Shown piece after piece: positions 61,144-64,000 of a stretch of 64,000 nt of DNA (position 1 is its first letter; each line of letters begins with the position of its first letter). Under the pieces are notes generated by a model that saw only the letters and a list, made by a program, of their open reading frames with translations, did no database searches and was not told the DNA's origin. Origin of the DNA: Hormiphora californensis (Eukaryota > Animalia > Ctenophora). The DNA is taken from NCBI GenBank assembly GCA_020137815.1, contig CM035353.1, positions 5,022,001-5,086,000 of the forward strand, given 5' to 3'. Both the position numbers and the translations under genes were made by a program.

Positions 61144-61315
61144 CGAGAGGGGAGAGAAAGGGAGAGAAAGGGGATAGAGAGAGGGAGAGGAAGAGAGAGA
61201 TGGGAGAGAAAGGGAGAGAAAGGGGATAGAGAGAGAGAGATGGGAGAGAAAGGGAGAGAAAGGGGATAGAGAGAGAGAGAGAGAGAGGAAGAGAGAGAGA
61301 GGGAGAGAGAGAGGG
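61043..61315. repeat. (AG)n-rich microsatellite
   Basis: Read directly. Confidence 0.9.
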
Positions 61316-61701
61316 GTGGAGCAGAAGACAGAGAGGTTAAAGGAAGAGAGACTAGAGAGCTAGTTAGAGCATGCCTTGGCAAAGATTGTGTGTCCGTGAC
61401 GTGGATAGAACAATGCTATCAAGAATCTAAGTGTTCCTTTGCGTGTAGAGACTATAAGGTCATCGGTCATCTTGAGTCCGGACATGACACGTACGCTTTA
61501 AAAACATTTGGGTGCTTGCCTGTGCTATTACTTAAGCGACTAATAATACTATTTTGTGGGGGTCTAAGCTTACTTAGATCAAGGTCATGATTTGAGCTGT
61601 TAATCCCTGGTAGCTTTAAACTCATTTGTCTTTTGCCCAACCGCTCCTTTCCATAATACATCACATCGTTTACGGTTTATCACACAGTTCTACATTTAGA
61701 C

Positions 61702-62555
61702 ATGGAAAAGCCTCTGATTCAGATACTTGGTATTATTCTCATTATTTTGACGGTGTCTGCTGATATACCAACAGGTAAATTTAGCTCGTCAAATTTTTAA
61801 TATTTATGATCATTTTTATTATCGAAAGCACTAGTTACGGGCTCTAGTTATAAATTGAGGGTTAAGTTTTCTAAACTGTTTTAGAGTGGAGTGATACTAA
61901 AGAAATTGAAGAACAAATTAACGACACCTTTCCTGTTGAGCTCCTAGCAGTAGGTGATGGAAAGATTTCCATCAGCTTCTACAGAAGTGAGGTTGCCATT
62001 GAAAAGGTTAGCGGTGTGTTCAAGTACTCGATAGATCGGTGTACTGGAGAAACATATGGCTTTGAATCCTTTCCAGAAGCCATCCCAGATACACCAGAGA
62101 GAGTTTGGAGGATGACTAAGAGTCCAGACGGGCTTCAGATCCATTGTAATGGGTTGAAAGTACTAGACTACATCTTCAATAGTGATCCTACCAATGAAAA
62201 ACTATAGAAACGCTGCGTGGACCTTTGGTCAGGAGAATCAAATAAGGGGCACTGACGAAATTTTACTATTATAGATGGGGGGAAAAAAGAGGCGAGGTAA
62301 GATTCTGCGATTTGGTTTTAATTAAACTATTAAAATTTTAAATTTTTTGACAAATAAATTTTTTGTCCCCTTTTTAAAATTTAATTTTTTCTTATTTTCT
62401 ATTTTTTGCCCTGCCCTGCCAAACCCCCATTTTGGAATCACCCCGATCCCCCCCGATAGGGACGTTTAAAAATGGTAAATGGGAAAAGAACAAGAAAAAA
62501 CCCCTAGAATGTTAAATGAAAACAGGACCTGGACTTTCACCAAAAATGTTTGGGA
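61702..62555 (+). CDS. Secreted protein B, tandem paralog of A (exons 61702-61774, 61885-~62296; third exon garbled)
   Basis: Identical signal peptide and the same intron positions; +1 A at ~62200 and degraded read quality afterwards. Confidence 0.65.
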
Positions 62556-63224
62556 AAGTGGTTTTTGGGGCAACTTTAACAATTTGGGAACAATTTCCCG
62601 GGGTGGTTTTGGGGAAGAAAGTCACCTAATTTAAAAATTGGGCATAGAACTGGGGCAATTTTTTTTCATAAAAACAAAGGGGGAGCTTTTGGTTTTAGTT
62701 CGCGTTTACAAAGTAAAATTTTGTTTTTTGTTTTTTTAAATTTCTTTTTATAACTCTATTATGGGCCCAAAAAATAAAACCCGAAATTTTTGGCTGGAAA
62801 GGTGACCATTTTGTTGTAAAAATGACAAAATTGCCCCCTCCCCCGGGTTTTATTTATATCTTTTTCCCCCCTCTCATTTTTATCTCTCTCTATTTCTCTT
62901 TTTCCCCTTTCTCTCTCTCTTTCTTCTCTCCCCACCCCTCTCTCCTCTCCCCTCCTTTTCCTCTCCCCCTCTCTCCCCCCCTCTTTTTTTTCCCCCTATT
63001 TTTCTCCTTTCCCCTTTTTCAAACTCCCCGATTTTTAAAACCCCCTTTTTTTTTACCCCCCCGATGATATCCTAACCCGGGGCCCGGGGAAAGGTGGGCC
63101 CGTTTTACAACAAAAGGGGCACCTTTTTTCCCCCACCATTTCTGTTGTTTTTTTTTGGGATAATTGGGATAAATTTTTTGGGGAATTTTTTTTGAAAGGA
63201 AAAAAACGATGGAAAACAAAGTCT

Positions 63225-64000
63225 GGACGTGTAAAAGACCGCCAAGAATCGCTAAAATACGAAAATTTCAATTTTGACGTCATTATGACGTCATAGCGTG
63301 ACGTCACGACGTTATATACGTCATGATAGGGATTGCATTTATTATTAGGCTCATCTAGATAAAGATGCTGACCAAGTTGAGATCGATTGGATAAGAATTG
63401 AGGTCGCTATGGCGAAAAACGTACTATCGTCATATCTATTTTCATACAGTCTTAACCACTTCAGAAGCGATTTGAGACCCTTAGAAATAGAGTTTCACAA
63501 ATTCGCGATATAGTTTCTGAAAGTATAGACGATTATCTTTCGTAAGTGTGGATCTCTGTTTTTCAATCAGAAGCGTCTTTAGGGTGTAAATTGAGCTCAA
63601 AGAAATTTGGTTGAGTTGAAAAAACTCTTATCTTTATGACAGTTTGTAAGACGTTCTGGTTGGACCTAGAACATGAAAACTATTCGTCTACACAATTTGA
63701 ACGATTATCTTTCGAATGCAACAAACGAGAAGTGTCTATCTTATGTCGTTTTCTCTCAAAAATGATTATAAATTTGGTAAAAACAGCGTCTATCCATAGA
63801 TAGATACATAGATAGATAGATAGATACATAGATAGACCCGGGACATTTATTGCTTTTTTCACGATGCCATATCTCTAAAACTAAAAGAGATAGAGACTTG
63901 CCCTTTTAAACTACAGTAGATCTAGACTATGTGACACTGTATACCAAATTTCAGACTGATCGGTGCAGTGGGGGCCTCGCTATGGGCGTCGCAAAATGCC
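63225..64000. mobile_element. Probable non-autonomous DNA element (GACGTCA-rich end, internal inverted segments), running out of the window
   Basis: Clustered TGACGTCA palindromes and weak inverted similarity around 63410-63660; ends not defined. Confidence 0.35.

Noticed and set aside
1-64000. tRNA/rRNA genes, operons, prokaryotic defence systems
   Set aside because: No cloverleaf or rRNA-like sequence was recognised by eye; gene structure is spliceosomal throughout.

Overview
Repeat-rich draft-assembly window from an animal genome: spliceosomal GT-AG introns, (CT)n/(AG)n tracts, one 100-N gap and several stretches of low-quality base calls. My impression, from recall of the CAGTCGGACCCCGA MITEs, the LRR-less LDLa-GPCR and the secreted-protein domain, is a ctenophore such as Pleurobrachia; this is unverified. 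Layout: (1) the 3' half of a P4-ATPase flippase gene (ATP9A/B type) on the minus strand, 48614 to >59123, whose introns host an intronless LDLa-domain GPCR and probably a tandem pair of secreted sushi-like genes on the opposite strand; (2) an inverted second copy of part of that gene at about 3608-9030, carrying a 35-bp minisatellite whose unit looks like a complete GT...TTAAC...YAG micro-intron, plus a stand-alone LINE ORF1; (3) a ~30-kb block (9.8-39.2 kb) of short abutting fragments of Gypsy, hAT, Chapaev/Transib-like, Academ-like, SIAH-like, kinase-like and unidentified ORFs, where every fragment I could recognise is on the minus strand - the architecture of a flamenco-type uni-strand piRNA cluster and the most interesting signal here; (4) a 6.2-kb 34-bp satellite with higher-order structure split by a 1.5-kb foldback element; (5) many MITEs with readable TSDs. 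All family assignments are by eye from motifs; no database search was run.
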